Assembly: GCA_965224245.1 (NCBI GenBank)
Contig: OZ245046.1
Coordinates: forward strand, 1,952,001-2,016,000
DNA length: 64,000 nt
Direction of reading: 5' to 3'
DNA from: Candidatus Eiseniibacteriota bacterium
GTDB lineage: Bacteria > Eisenbacteria > RBG-16-71-46 > CAZAMP01
Position numbers and translations under genes: made by a program. The notes under the pieces are model-generated. The model was not told the DNA's origin and ran no database searches. It saw nothing but the letters and a program-made list of their open reading frames with translations. Below are positions 33,301-42,839 of this stretch, one piece after another. The number at the start of each line of letters is the position of its first letter. Position 1 is the first letter of the stretch.

Positions 33301-34388
33301 CGCCAGGTCTCTCGGTAGACGTCGATCGTGGCCCGAGCCATGTGATCGACGGTGAATCGGCGCTCGTACAGCGCCCGGGCCGAACGACCCATCGCGGCAC
33401 GCCGATCCGGGTCCGCGAGAAGCGTCCCCAGCGCGGCGGTCAGCGCGGGTGCATCGCCGCGGGGCACCAGGAGCGCCGCGTCGCTGCCCGCGTACATCTC
33501 GGGTATGCCGTAAATATCGGTGGCCACGGCCGCTCGCCCCATCGCCATCGCTTCCAGGAGCACCAGCGGGACGCCCTCCCGAGAGGACGGCAGCACGACG
33601 AGATCCGAGGCGGCGAGGACGCGCTCAGGGTCGGGACGCCGGCCGGTGAACGTGACCCGATCGGCGAGCCCGAGGTGGGCGGCGAGGTGGCGCAAATCGG
33701 CCTCGTCCTCGCCTTCCCCCACCACGGCCAGCCGCCAGGGCTGCCGCACGGGCGAGAGCGCCTCGAACAGGATCCGGTGTCCCTTGCGTGCGGTCAGCGC
33801 GCCGAGATGAACGACGAGGGGCTCGCCGTCGGCCGCGCCCAGCTCGCGGCGCACGCGCAGGCGATCGACCTCGTTCACCGGGGCGGGATCGGGCACCCCG
33901 TTGAACACGACGCGGATCGTCGCGTCACGGAGGCCGTGCCGCTCGGTCAGATCGCGACGGTTCGACTCGCTGAGCGTGATCACCCGATCCACTGCGCGGG
34001 TCATGGCGGCCCGGATTCGACCGCGCAGGCGCATCGGGTCGATCATGGTCAGGTGCTCGGTGGTCACGACCGCTCGCGCACCGGCGAGCCGGGCCAGGGG
34101 CGCGACGCCCGTGTACTGCGCAGCGTAGGAGTGCGGGAGGTTCAGATGCACCACGTCGGGTCGCCGGTGGCGAATCGACCGCCACAGCGCACGGACGAGA
34201 CCGCGTGTCGAATCGGGCGCCCGGTCGACCTCGACCCCCAGCGCGGTCAGGCGATCACACCACACGTCCAGCGCGCGCCGGGCGCGAGCCACGATCGCCA
34301 CCTGCCACCGCGTCGGGAAGCCGAGCGCCAGATACTCGAGATAGCGCTCGGCGCCGCCTTCGTACGGCGCATCGGAATAGAACAGCAC
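33297..34388 (-). CDS. Glycosyltransferase family 4
   Basis: GGAERY, VFNGV, LGALTARKGH and EGVPLVLLEAMAMG. Start set at the GTG of VLFYSD (uncertain). Confidence 0.9.
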   Translation of the reverse strand: MLFYSDAPYEGGAERYLEYLALGFPTRWQVAIVARARRALDVWCDRLTALGVEVDRAPDSTRGLVRALWRSIRHRRPDVVHLNLPHSYAAQYTGVAPLARLAGARAVVTTEHLTMIDPMRLRGRIRAAMTRAVDRVITLSESNRRDLTERHGLRDATIRVVFNGVPDPAPVNEVDRLRVRRELGAADGEPLVVHLGALTARKGHRILFEALSPVRQPWRLAVVGEGEDEADLRHLAAHLGLADRVTFTGRRPDPERVLAASDLVVLPSSREGVPLVLLEAMAMGRAAVATDIYGIPEMYAGSDAALLVPRGDAPALTAALGTLLADPDRRAAMGRSARALYERRFTVDHMARATIDVYRETWR

Positions 34389-34435
34389 GGTCCGAACCTC
34401 TCGGGTCGGGGATGGTCCGGCGCGAACGGCCTGGG

Positions 34436-35284
34436 TCAGAACGCACCTCGTCCGGAGATCACGGCCGGGATCGTTCGAAGCAGGATTCGGAGATCCAGCG
34501 CGAAGGAACGCCGGGACACGTACTCGAGGTCGAGTCGCATCCACTCCTCGAAGCCGATCAGGCTGCGACCGGAGATCTGCCACAGGCACGTGAGGCCCGG
34601 GCGAACCGCGAGCCGCCGGCGCTGCCAGGGCTCGTACTGGACGACCTCCTCGGGCTCGGGAGGGCGGGGACCGACCAGCGTCATGTGGCCCACGAGCACG
34701 TGTACCAGCTGGGGGAGCTCGTCGATGCTGGTACGACGCAGCCACCGGCCGACCCGGGTCATGCGGGGATCCCGCGAGAGCTTGAATACCGGACCGTCGA
34801 CCTCATTCAGATGGAGCAGCTTGGACTTGTCGCAATCGGCGCCGTTGGCCATGGAGCGGAACTTCCAGAACGTGAACGGTACCCCGCCGCGGCCGACGCG
34901 GGTACATCGGTACAGCACCGGTCCCGGTGAGTCGAGGCGGATCACGACGGCGATGATCACGAACAGCGGCAGCAGGATCGCCAGCGCGAGCGCCGCCACG
35001 ACGACGTCCAGCGCCCGCTTCCCGAAGCGGAGGTAGAACGAGTTGTCGGCCACGGTGTCGATCGCCGCGTCCGTCGCGTCCGGGCCACGACCGTTGTGTC
35101 GGGCCGAGCCGTTCAGGATCGGCGCCCCCGGTCGCGGGCCGTCGGCGCGGCCGACACGCGCAGCACCGGAGCCGGAGGGCTCGGCGGCGGTCGCGGGATC
35201 GGGCGCAGGGGGTGGTGGATTTGCGCCGGTGCGCTTGGAGGATGCCATCGACGGTGTGGACCCCAGGGTGTTTCTCGCGTACAT
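34436..35284 (-). CDS. Priming sugar-phosphate transferase (undecaprenyl-phosphate glycosylphosphotransferase, Bac_transf domain)
   Basis: KRALDVV...DSPGPV...FWKFRSM...DPRMTRVGRWLRRTSIDELPQL...GPRP...RPGLTCLWQISGRS. Small form with a single TM. Confidence 0.95.
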   Translation of the reverse strand: MYARNTLGSTPSMASSKRTGANPPPPAPDPATAAEPSGSGAARVGRADGPRPGAPILNGSARHNGRGPDATDAAIDTVADNSFYLRFGKRALDVVVAALALAILLPLFVIIAVVIRLDSPGPVLYRCTRVGRGGVPFTFWKFRSMANGADCDKSKLLHLNEVDGPVFKLSRDPRMTRVGRWLRRTSIDELPQLVHVLVGHMTLVGPRPPEPEEVVQYEPWQRRRLAVRPGLTCLWQISGRSLIGFEEWMRLDLEYVSRRSFALDLRILLRTIPAVISGRGAF

Positions 35285-35662
35285 GGCGACGCTCCGGGTG
35301 CTCTTGCGCTATCGAACTCGTAACGACACGATCGTCTGGTCGGCCCCGGCGAAACGGGACGTCGCAGGGAACCGTCAGGTGGGCGACAGAGTAAACCCGG
35401 GTGCGACACACCCGGTCAGACTGCCGGAACCTCGCCTGTCAGTGTCGAGACCGCCCAACAGTTCCGATAACAAGCGTCGTTACGCGTCCTCCCGGAGGTT
35501 TGAGACGGCAGGCGCCCGACGAAAGGGCTTTAGCTCGTCGGACCGACGTAGTATACCATAGCGCCAGAGGCCCACCAACAATCCGCGGGGCCACCAGCTG
35601 ACGCGAGCCGGTCCCGTCGCCGCTCGCAACCCTTCGCTGTGCAACGCGTTGGAGCGCCTCTC

Positions 35663-36343
35663 GTGATAGCCGGCAAGTCCGTGTCCCTCGTCCTCCCCTG
35701 CTACAACGAGGAAGAAGGCGTCCAGCGCGTGATCGCGTCGTTGCCCGATGGCATCGACGAGATCATCGTCGTCGACAACAACTGCACCGATCGCACGGCC
35801 GAGGTCGCCGCGGGCCTCGGCGCGACCGTCGTCCGCGAGTCCACCCCCGGCTACGGCGCCGCCTACAAGGCGGGCTTCCGGGCCGTGACCGGCGACGTCG
35901 TGGTGACCATGGACGGCGACGGCACGTATCCAACCGAATCCATCGTCCCTCTGGTCACGTCTCTGGAGGCGGATCGGCTCGATTTCATCTCGGGGTGCCG
36001 TTTTCCGCTGGCCAACTCGAGCGCGATGGCACCCATGAATCAGCTCGGCAACATGGTGCTCACGATCGCGGCGGCGATCCTGTTCCTGACCCCGCTGCGC
36101 GACTCGCAGTCAGGCATGTGGGTCTTCCGCCGCGAGGTCCTCGATCGGATCCACCTGGCGAGCGACGGCATGCCGCTCAGCGAGGAGATCAAGATCGAGG
36201 CGATCCGGCGGCGGGCCGTCCGGTTCGAGGAGCGGCACATCCCCTACCACCCGCGGGTCGGCGAGGTGAAGCTCCTGATGTGGCGCGACGGGCTCCGGAA
36301 CCTCCTGTACCTGGTGAAGCTCCGCTTCCGCTCCGCGTCCTGA
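35663..36343 (+). CDS. Glycosyltransferase family 2 (polyprenol-phosphate glycosyltransferase-like)
   Basis: LPCYNEEEG, IIVVDNNCTDRT, GYGAA, MDGDGTYP, DSQSGM and RVGEVKL. GTG start with GGAG SD. Confidence 0.92.
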   Translation: MIAGKSVSLVLPCYNEEEGVQRVIASLPDGIDEIIVVDNNCTDRTAEVAAGLGATVVRESTPGYGAAYKAGFRAVTGDVVVTMDGDGTYPTESIVPLVTSLEADRLDFISGCRFPLANSSAMAPMNQLGNMVLTIAAAILFLTPLRDSQSGMWVFRREVLDRIHLASDGMPLSEEIKIEAIRRRAVRFEERHIPYHPRVGEVKLLMWRDGLRNLLYLVKLRFRSAS

Positions 36344-36356
36344 TCGCGTCACCACG

Positions 36357-37793
36357 TCATCGACGCCCGCGTGCCGCCGCCTCCGGCTCGGTGCGCCGCG
36401 CGATCTTCCACAGGCCCATCGTCGCCCCCAGCATGAAGAACACGTAGTACGTGAACGTGAATCCGCGCTGGAAGTCGGTTCGCTGCTGCGAGACGACGAA
36501 CACGACCATCATCACGTGAAAGACCAGGAGGAGATCGCGCGTCGGGTTCACCCCGAGCCGACGCGCCCTCTCGGCCCAGGTCTTCCGGAGCACCGTGACC
36601 ATCGTCCACACGAACCCGACCAGCCCCGTGATGCCCACCGTGATCCAGTAGTACGCGAACGCGTTGTGCGGCCAGAAAACGAAGACGTCGCGATCGGGAA
36701 GACTGAGGCGATAGTACGGTCCCTCCCCCAGGAGCGGATTGTGGAGGAGGCGGTACTTGACGTGCTCGAACACACCGACCCGCGTCTCGGGCAGCACGCC
36801 GTAGAACTTCGTGTGAAACAGCCGGTAGAAGACCGAGAGAGTGCGGCCGGTCTGGGAGAGCACCGTATCCACCGCGATCAGCAGCGTCGCCACCGCGGCC
36901 GAGCCCACGACCAGAGTGCTGGTACCGATGCGACGGCGGGCCAGGAGCGCCAGATACACGATCCCGGTGAAGAGCCCGACCAGACCCCCTCGGTTGGACG
37001 TCAGGAACAGAACCACGAGCGCCCCCACGCCCATCGACGCGTAGAACAGCCTGGCCAGCCCGCGCCGGGAGGTCAGGAATAGGTACACGTGCAGCGGAAA
37101 GTGGATCGAGCAGAAGTCCGCGAGCATGTCGTGGCTGCCGAGAAGTCCGCCCGAACGGATGACGCCGCCTCCCAGCCGATAGCTGGCCTCGCCGATCTTG
37201 CCGAGGCCGGTGATCGAGATGCCGGTCGCCACCTCCACGATGGAGGTGACGTAGATGATCCCCGCCACCACGTGCATGGCGCGGACGAGCGCGATCACGT
37301 CCGAGTGGCGCTGCACGGCCGCGTAGGTCAGATAGAAGATCATCAGCGAGCCGATGTGGTTCTGGGTGTACCACCAGGCCTGTATCATGGGACCGCTCTC
37401 GCGGGTCACGCTGGGCCAGGACAGCGCATACCCCAGCGTCAGCACGATCAGCGCCACGTCGCACGGCGTTCGCTCCGGTGCCGGCGCGCGTCCCAGACGC
37501 GCGCGCGCCAGCCAGGACACGAAGGCCAGCGTCACCAGGACGAAGTTCGTGGGACCGATGACGATGTTGGCCGGAAACAGCGTCGCCACCAGGAAGATGC
37601 CGATGCCGGCGGACAGCGGCAGCGCGATGATTCCCCCGACCACCGCCATCCCCATGACGGCCTTCACCCAGCGCAGGTTCGTGTTGACGCCGAACACGTA
37701 GAAGACCCCGATCACGCCCAGGATCAGGGCCACCACCATGAACGGATACACGCGGGGGCTGTAGAGCCGCTCGCGTGCGACGTCGAGATTCAC
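36357..37793 (-). CDS. O-antigen ligase/Wzy polymerase family membrane protein
   Basis: Many TM helices; LTSNRGG, R...NPLLGEG and WPHNAF...GITG motifs typical of the Wzy_C/O-antigen ligase family. Confidence 0.85.
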   Translation of the reverse strand: MNLDVARERLYSPRVYPFMVVALILGVIGVFYVFGVNTNLRWVKAVMGMAVVGGIIALPLSAGIGIFLVATLFPANIVIGPTNFVLVTLAFVSWLARARLGRAPAPERTPCDVALIVLTLGYALSWPSVTRESGPMIQAWWYTQNHIGSLMIFYLTYAAVQRHSDVIALVRAMHVVAGIIYVTSIVEVATGISITGLGKIGEASYRLGGGVIRSGGLLGSHDMLADFCSIHFPLHVYLFLTSRRGLARLFYASMGVGALVVLFLTSNRGGLVGLFTGIVYLALLARRRIGTSTLVVGSAAVATLLIAVDTVLSQTGRTLSVFYRLFHTKFYGVLPETRVGVFEHVKYRLLHNPLLGEGPYYRLSLPDRDVFVFWPHNAFAYYWITVGITGLVGFVWTMVTVLRKTWAERARRLGVNPTRDLLLVFHVMMVVFVVSQQRTDFQRGFTFTYYVFFMLGATMGLWKIARRTEPEAAARGRR

Positions 37794-38806
37794 CGCCGGG
37801 TCTCCGTGACGGGGGCTTCGTCGACCGGTCCGGGGGAGTCCAGCGCGGACCTGAACGACACGTTCTCGCGAAGGAAGTACACCAGGCCCAGCAGTGTCAC
37901 CGGGGCGTACTGCCCGAACCAGTAGAACCACGACGCCGACACGGCGACCTTCTCGTCCACGCCGAAGGGCTCGACGGCCAGCGTGAAGAAGTACTGCATC
38001 GTCCCCAGGTAGCCCGGTGCCGATGGCAGCATCACCCCGATCGAGACGACACCGACCAGCAGGAGCGGGGCACCCAGGGGCAGATCCAGGGCGAAGGCCT
38101 CCAGGGACCAGTGGTACGCGGCCATGTAGCAGATCCAGACCCCGACCGACTCGAGCAGACAGAACACGGTGACCCGCGGGCTCCGGAGGATCTCGAGACC
38201 GTTCCGGAACGAGTCCAGGAGTCTCGCGACGCGATCTCCCCAGCGCGACGTTCCCCCCGGCAGCACCCGGACGACGGACCCCGTGCTCTCGGTCCGCCGG
38301 GCCACGACCGCCAGCGCGGCGAGAACCGCCACCGACACCACCGCGAAGACGCGCAGGGGGGTGTGGATCTCGGAGGGCAGGCCGTGCGTGACGGCACCGA
38401 TGGCGAGGATGCCCACCAGCGCCAGCACGTCGAACACGCGCTCGACGGCGACCGTCGCCAGTGCGGCGCTGCGGCTGATGGACTCCTTGCGTCCGATCAC
38501 GACCGCCCGCACGACCTCGCCCGCCCGCATCGGCAAGACGTTGTTGGCCATGAAGCCGATCGAAACGGCAGAGAACGCGCTGCCGAACGGGACGCGCTTG
38601 ATCGGAGCCAGGATGAGCTGCCAGCGATGTGCCCGGACCACGAGCGACACGATCACGGCGACCATCGCCGGGATCAGGTACAGGTGCTCGGCGCCCGCGA
38701 GCTCTGCCATGAGCTCGCCCACCGTGACCTCCCGCATGGAGAAGTACAGGCAGATCGCGCTCAGCACGAGCCCGAACACGATTCTGAGGAGGTGGCGTCG
38801 GGTCAC
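37790..38806 (-). CDS. Lysylphosphatidylglycerol-synthase-TM (UPF0104) flippase-like membrane protein
   Basis: RAHRWQ, ANNVLPMRAGEVVR, VERVFD and LPSAPGYLG motifs. True start VTRRHLLR. Confidence 0.9.
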   Translation of the reverse strand: MTRRHLLRIVFGLVLSAICLYFSMREVTVGELMAELAGAEHLYLIPAMVAVIVSLVVRAHRWQLILAPIKRVPFGSAFSAVSIGFMANNVLPMRAGEVVRAVVIGRKESISRSAALATVAVERVFDVLALVGILAIGAVTHGLPSEIHTPLRVFAVVSVAVLAALAVVARRTESTGSVVRVLPGGTSRWGDRVARLLDSFRNGLEILRSPRVTVFCLLESVGVWICYMAAYHWSLEAFALDLPLGAPLLLVGVVSIGVMLPSAPGYLGTMQYFFTLAVEPFGVDEKVAVSASWFYWFGQYAPVTLLGLVYFLRENVSFRSALDSPGPVDEAPVTETRR

Positions 38807-40338
38807 GATGGCACCCTCCCGAACCACGCGAGCGCCCGTCGCACCCGGTGACCGGGCACGAGCCGGATCAGGCCGGCGTCGTCGGCGCGAAAGACGCCGA
38901 CCGCCTTCATGCCGGCCGCGAGCAGCACGGTCGCCGCCAGCGCGGCCCACAGGAGCGAGGCGGCGTCCGATACGCGGTCGCGCACCAGCCACAGCACGAT
39001 GAGTCCCGACGATCCGGCGTAGGCCCGCACCAGGAACCCCCAGGGTATCGACACGACGTAGCCGAGGCGCTCGAGGATCCGACTGTAGCAGAGCGGCATG
39101 GCCGCCACCGCCAGCGTCACGGGGATCACCGCCCCCCATCGCCAGTCCCAGGGGATCAGCACCGCGTTCAAACCCACGTTCAGGATCGCCGCCCCGATCC
39201 AGACCGCGAGGTTCAGCCACGTCTTCTCCAGAATGTATAACGTCATGCTGAGCGGTGTTCCGAAGAAGCTGACGCACTGCACCAGGAAGAAGACCTGGGC
39301 CAGGAAGGCCCCGGGCGCGTACTCCTGCCCGTAGGCGACCACGAGCGCCCGGTCGCCCAGCACCGCTCCTCCCACGCTGAGCGGCGCGGCGATCAGGAAC
39401 AGGAGCTTGAAGTACGTGGTCAGGAGGCGGCGCGCGCGCTCCTGGTCGATCGTGAACACCGCGGAGTAGGACGCCATGACCACCGGCCAGATGGCCGTGG
39501 GGATGAACTCCAGGATCAGCTGCGGGAAGCCGTACGCGACGCCGAAGCACCCGTTCTCGAAGTCTCCCCAGTGGTAGTTGATGAAGAACGACTCCGAGTT
39601 GCGCCAGACGACGGTGTGGCACAGCCGGATGAAGACGAACGGCACGCTGTAGGCGAGCACGCGCCTCAGCGTCAGCGGCAGGAGCTCCCGATCGCCGGTC
39701 GTCCCCGACCGAGTCCAGAGCCCGGCCGCGAGCACGCCGAACGCCGCGACGTTGGCCACCGCACCGGCCACCAGGACACCGACCACGCCCCCGCCCATCT
39801 GGAAGCTCGTCAGGAGCGATCCCAGGAACAGCACCTGCCACAGCAAGGAGGCCCCGGCCAGGAACCGCATCTCGAGCAGCGCCTGGTAGACCTGCGTGGC
39901 GACGTCGAACGCGAGCCGACAGATCAACAGCCACATGGCCACGACGATCAGGGACGCCTTGGCGTCGGTCCGGGCCAGGGTGGTCAGCCAGTCCGGAGTT
40001 CCGGCCACCACGGCGAGCGTCGCCAGCCACCCCAGCACCTGGAAGCCGAGGGTCCACCCGAGAAACCGGCGCAGCGCGGCGCGTGAGCGCCCCAGACGCA
40101 GCTCGGGCAGAAACCGGAGCGCCGCCTGTCCCATCCCCACCGACGCCAGCGCCGACGCGATCTCCATCGCCGACATCGCCAGGAAGTACTGGCCGACCGC
40201 GTCGGCACCGAGCACGCGACGGATCAGGAGATGCGCGACGAACATCAGCGCGAAACGGAGCACCTTCAGCGCCGCCCCCCAGGCCACCGCGTGGCCCGCG
40301 CGCTGGGCGGTCTCGGCGATTGCGTCGCGCGGGGTCAT
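38803..40338 (-). CDS. wzx: Wzx-type flippase
   Basis: RVLGADAVGQY..., about 13 TM helices, MOP-family pattern. Start MTPRDAIAE. Confidence 0.82.
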   Translation of the reverse strand: MTPRDAIAETAQRAGHAVAWGAALKVLRFALMFVAHLLIRRVLGADAVGQYFLAMSAMEIASALASVGMGQAALRFLPELRLGRSRAALRRFLGWTLGFQVLGWLATLAVVAGTPDWLTTLARTDAKASLIVVAMWLLICRLAFDVATQVYQALLEMRFLAGASLLWQVLFLGSLLTSFQMGGGVVGVLVAGAVANVAAFGVLAAGLWTRSGTTGDRELLPLTLRRVLAYSVPFVFIRLCHTVVWRNSESFFINYHWGDFENGCFGVAYGFPQLILEFIPTAIWPVVMASYSAVFTIDQERARRLLTTYFKLLFLIAAPLSVGGAVLGDRALVVAYGQEYAPGAFLAQVFFLVQCVSFFGTPLSMTLYILEKTWLNLAVWIGAAILNVGLNAVLIPWDWRWGAVIPVTLAVAAMPLCYSRILERLGYVVSIPWGFLVRAYAGSSGLIVLWLVRDRVSDAASLLWAALAATVLLAAGMKAVGVFRADDAGLIRLVPGHRVRRALAWFGRVPS

Positions 40339-41507
40339 CGTGAGAAGCGTGCGTCGGCCGGCGGGGTGGAGCCCGCCAGCCAGCGCACCTCGTCGACGAA
40401 GAGCGACTTCAGGTCGAGAATGGAGCGCGGTGGCGAGGCCGGTGGGCTCGACGTGAACAGCCACGCATCTGCGCTGGAGTCCTCGGGTCCGTATCCGTGC
40501 ATGGCCGCGCACGCGCGTTCGCCCATGTAGGACGGTGCGATCACGTGTCCCGCCTCGAGGAGGTATGTCGCCTCGCCGTACCGGTGATCGGGAAAGTCGA
40601 TGCCGTACGCCTCGACGTCCTCGGCGCTCAGCCAGCGGCCCCAGGACGTGTCCGGGAGCGCGAGGTGAATGGCCTCCCGAGCGCCCGGTCGCCGGAACCA
40701 GAACCTGGCCATCGTGCTGTCCGAGAACACGAGGTAGTCGCGCGGAACCCGGAGGTCGGTGGCGGCCAGCGCACCGTGAACGTCGTGAACGGCCGTCACG
40801 TCGGTCATGCCGTGATCGCTGAACACGAACAGATGCAGCTCGCGATCGGCGGCCGCACGCCGGATCTCGCCGATCCAGGTCTCGTAGGTCCGCAGCTTGG
40901 CGGCGACGCGCTCGTCTCCCACGCCCGCGCGATGCATCAGCGCGTCCAGCTCGGCACTGTAGAGGAGCAGAAACGACGAACGCCCCGCCGAGAGATCGGC
41001 GAGCAGCTCACCGTAGGCACGCTCCTCGGGGACCCGCCACGACCAGATGCGATGGTCCAGCCCCGACCTTGCCACGACGTCCAGAAACGTCTCGTGCGGC
41101 GGAACGCCCCCGGGCGCGAAGATGTCGTGCCGCTGGCAGAGGTCGAACTCCGACAGGACGTTCAGCGGCAGATCGTAGAGCTCGAAGTAGCCGCCGATCC
41201 TCCGGCTCAGGCGCCGTTTCAGGAACTGACGGAGCTTGCCCCGGCCCTTCGTGTGGTGCGCGAGGAGCATCAACGGTCGGTACGCGCGAAAGACGCCCTG
41301 GCCGAGATCGCGCCGGTACATCGAGAAGTGCCCGTGCTCGCGCGGCAGGCGTCCGGTCAGCAGTGACGGAATGGCGGACGAGGAGTAGCCGATCACGGTC
41401 CGGAGTCGATGGTGCGAGCCGGGCTCGCCGGCGAGGAAACCGTGCCGGGTCACCACGTCGGCGCCCAGGGCGTCGATGAACAGCACCACCGTGGCTCGTC
41501 CGGTCAC
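40335..41507 (-). CDS. Alkaline-phosphatase superfamily protein (nucleotide pyrophosphatase/phosphodiesterase-like), no signal peptide
   Basis: FIDALG, GYSSSAIPSLLTG, ELDALMH, FSDHGM and MHGY metal-ligand motifs. Confidence 0.85.
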   Translation of the reverse strand: MTGRATVVLFIDALGADVVTRHGFLAGEPGSHHRLRTVIGYSSSAIPSLLTGRLPREHGHFSMYRRDLGQGVFRAYRPLMLLAHHTKGRGKLRQFLKRRLSRRIGGYFELYDLPLNVLSEFDLCQRHDIFAPGGVPPHETFLDVVARSGLDHRIWSWRVPEERAYGELLADLSAGRSSFLLLYSAELDALMHRAGVGDERVAAKLRTYETWIGEIRRAAADRELHLFVFSDHGMTDVTAVHDVHGALAATDLRVPRDYLVFSDSTMARFWFRRPGAREAIHLALPDTSWGRWLSAEDVEAYGIDFPDHRYGEATYLLEAGHVIAPSYMGERACAAMHGYGPEDSSADAWLFTSSPPASPPRSILDLKSLFVDEVRWLAGSTPPADARFSR

Positions 41508-41509
41508 GG

Positions 41510-42823
41510 TCAGATCCGCGGCAGCCAGTATCGCCAGAGCCGGACGACACCCTCGCGCACCGACTCGCCGGATGTCCAGTCGTCGTGAGGCAGGGGGTAC
41601 CAGCGTTCGAGCGACCGGACGAGATCCGGATCGATGTAGACCGGCGGCGGACCGTCGACGCTGCGAAGGAAGAGGATGAAGGCCGTGAGATAGGTGATCT
41701 CCACCGGCGACAGACGGAACGCGACCCCCACGCCCCGCTTCCAGACGTGGAGCGTCGCGCCATCGGCGTAGTTCGCCAGCCAGCGCCACTCACGGACGCG
41801 CGACCGGAGGCTGCCCCAGCCACTGGATCGCCCGAGCGCGCTCGGCTCGGGGCGCCCGTCCGCGTCGAGGAGGCGGTGCGGCATCAGCGCCTCCAGGCAC
41901 GCCTCGAGCAACCGCCGCGCCTCGGTCCAGACGCCGCCGTGGAGGGCGCGTCCCTCCTCCCCGAGGGGCTCGGCCGCGTAGCGCGCCTGGAGCTTCTCGA
42001 CGCTGGGTTCGAAGCGAAACTCCGTCCAGAACTCGACCGCCTCGATCAGCGCGTTGCGCGAGCGATGCAGCTTCGGCGGCAACGCACGATCGCCGAGGAG
42101 CGCCGGGAGGCGATCGGCCCGCTTCCGATAGCCCGACACGTACGCGCCTTCCGGTACCAGGAGCGCGGTCGGGAGATCGCAGAAGAGCTTGGCCAGACGA
42201 AAGTAGTCGATCAGCTCGGGATGCTCGCCGGGAGGGTGCGCCAGGAGCTCGAGCACGCGGTTGCCCAGGAGACGGATCGACTCCTCCCACGTGAGGTCCT
42301 CGGCCGTGATCGGCGGGAAGCTCAGACGCACGTCCCGATCACCCCAGACGACCTTGGCCTGGTTGATCATCTCGAGCGTGCCGGGCTTCGGCGCCTGCGA
42401 GCGGAGCTCCTCCTCGGTGAAGAAAGCGATGTTGACCTCCGGCGGACCCGACCAGTCGCGATCGGCGCTCAGCAGGCGCACGCGCTCGCGGATCGTGTCC
42501 CGCAGCACGCGTTCCGCGTCGGGTACGCGCGTGTCGGCGACCACGCCCAGATCGAGATCGCTGAAGAAGCGCCATCCGTCGGAACCGCGTGTGGCCGCCC
42601 ACTCACCGGTGACCGCGCTCCCGGTCAGAAACAGCGCGCGCGGCCAGTGCACCGAGCTGACCACGTCCCGGAGCAGCTCCAGCGTGGCATCGAGCTCGCG
42701 TTGCACGGCGCCCTCGGGCGTGTCGCCGTTCAGCACGGGGACGCCCTGCCCGGGCGGGGTGCCCTCCGGTGTCGACCGGACACGCGAGTGCGATGACGTG
42801 GGTTGGGAGTCGCGGCCGTTCAT
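41510..42823 (-). CDS. Pol-beta-superfamily nucleotidyltransferase-domain protein with C-terminal helical domain
   Basis: LFLTGSAVTGE...FFSDLDLGVV matches hGS...DxD, followed by a VVWGD motif and a helical substrate-binding-like region. Confidence 0.72.
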   Translation of the reverse strand: MNGRDSQPTSSHSRVRSTPEGTPPGQGVPVLNGDTPEGAVQRELDATLELLRDVVSSVHWPRALFLTGSAVTGEWAATRGSDGWRFFSDLDLGVVADTRVPDAERVLRDTIRERVRLLSADRDWSGPPEVNIAFFTEEELRSQAPKPGTLEMINQAKVVWGDRDVRLSFPPITAEDLTWEESIRLLGNRVLELLAHPPGEHPELIDYFRLAKLFCDLPTALLVPEGAYVSGYRKRADRLPALLGDRALPPKLHRSRNALIEAVEFWTEFRFEPSVEKLQARYAAEPLGEEGRALHGGVWTEARRLLEACLEALMPHRLLDADGRPEPSALGRSSGWGSLRSRVREWRWLANYADGATLHVWKRGVGVAFRLSPVEITYLTAFILFLRSVDGPPPVYIDPDLVRSLERWYPLPHDDWTSGESVREGVVRLWRYWLPRI

Positions 42824-42839
42824 TCCGATCCGTGGACGT

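Noticed and set aside
38807-40057. N-terminal extension of ORF 37790-40057 suggesting a large fusion protein
   Set aside because: It overlaps wzx in another frame. The UPF0104 protein starts at 38806, coupled to the wzx stop.
41510-42823. NTase as a CBASS cyclase or MNT-HEPN toxin-antitoxin component
   Set aside because: No Cap effectors or separate HEPN toxin lie nearby, and the gene is tightly coupled within a polysaccharide operon. A signalling role is not fully excluded.
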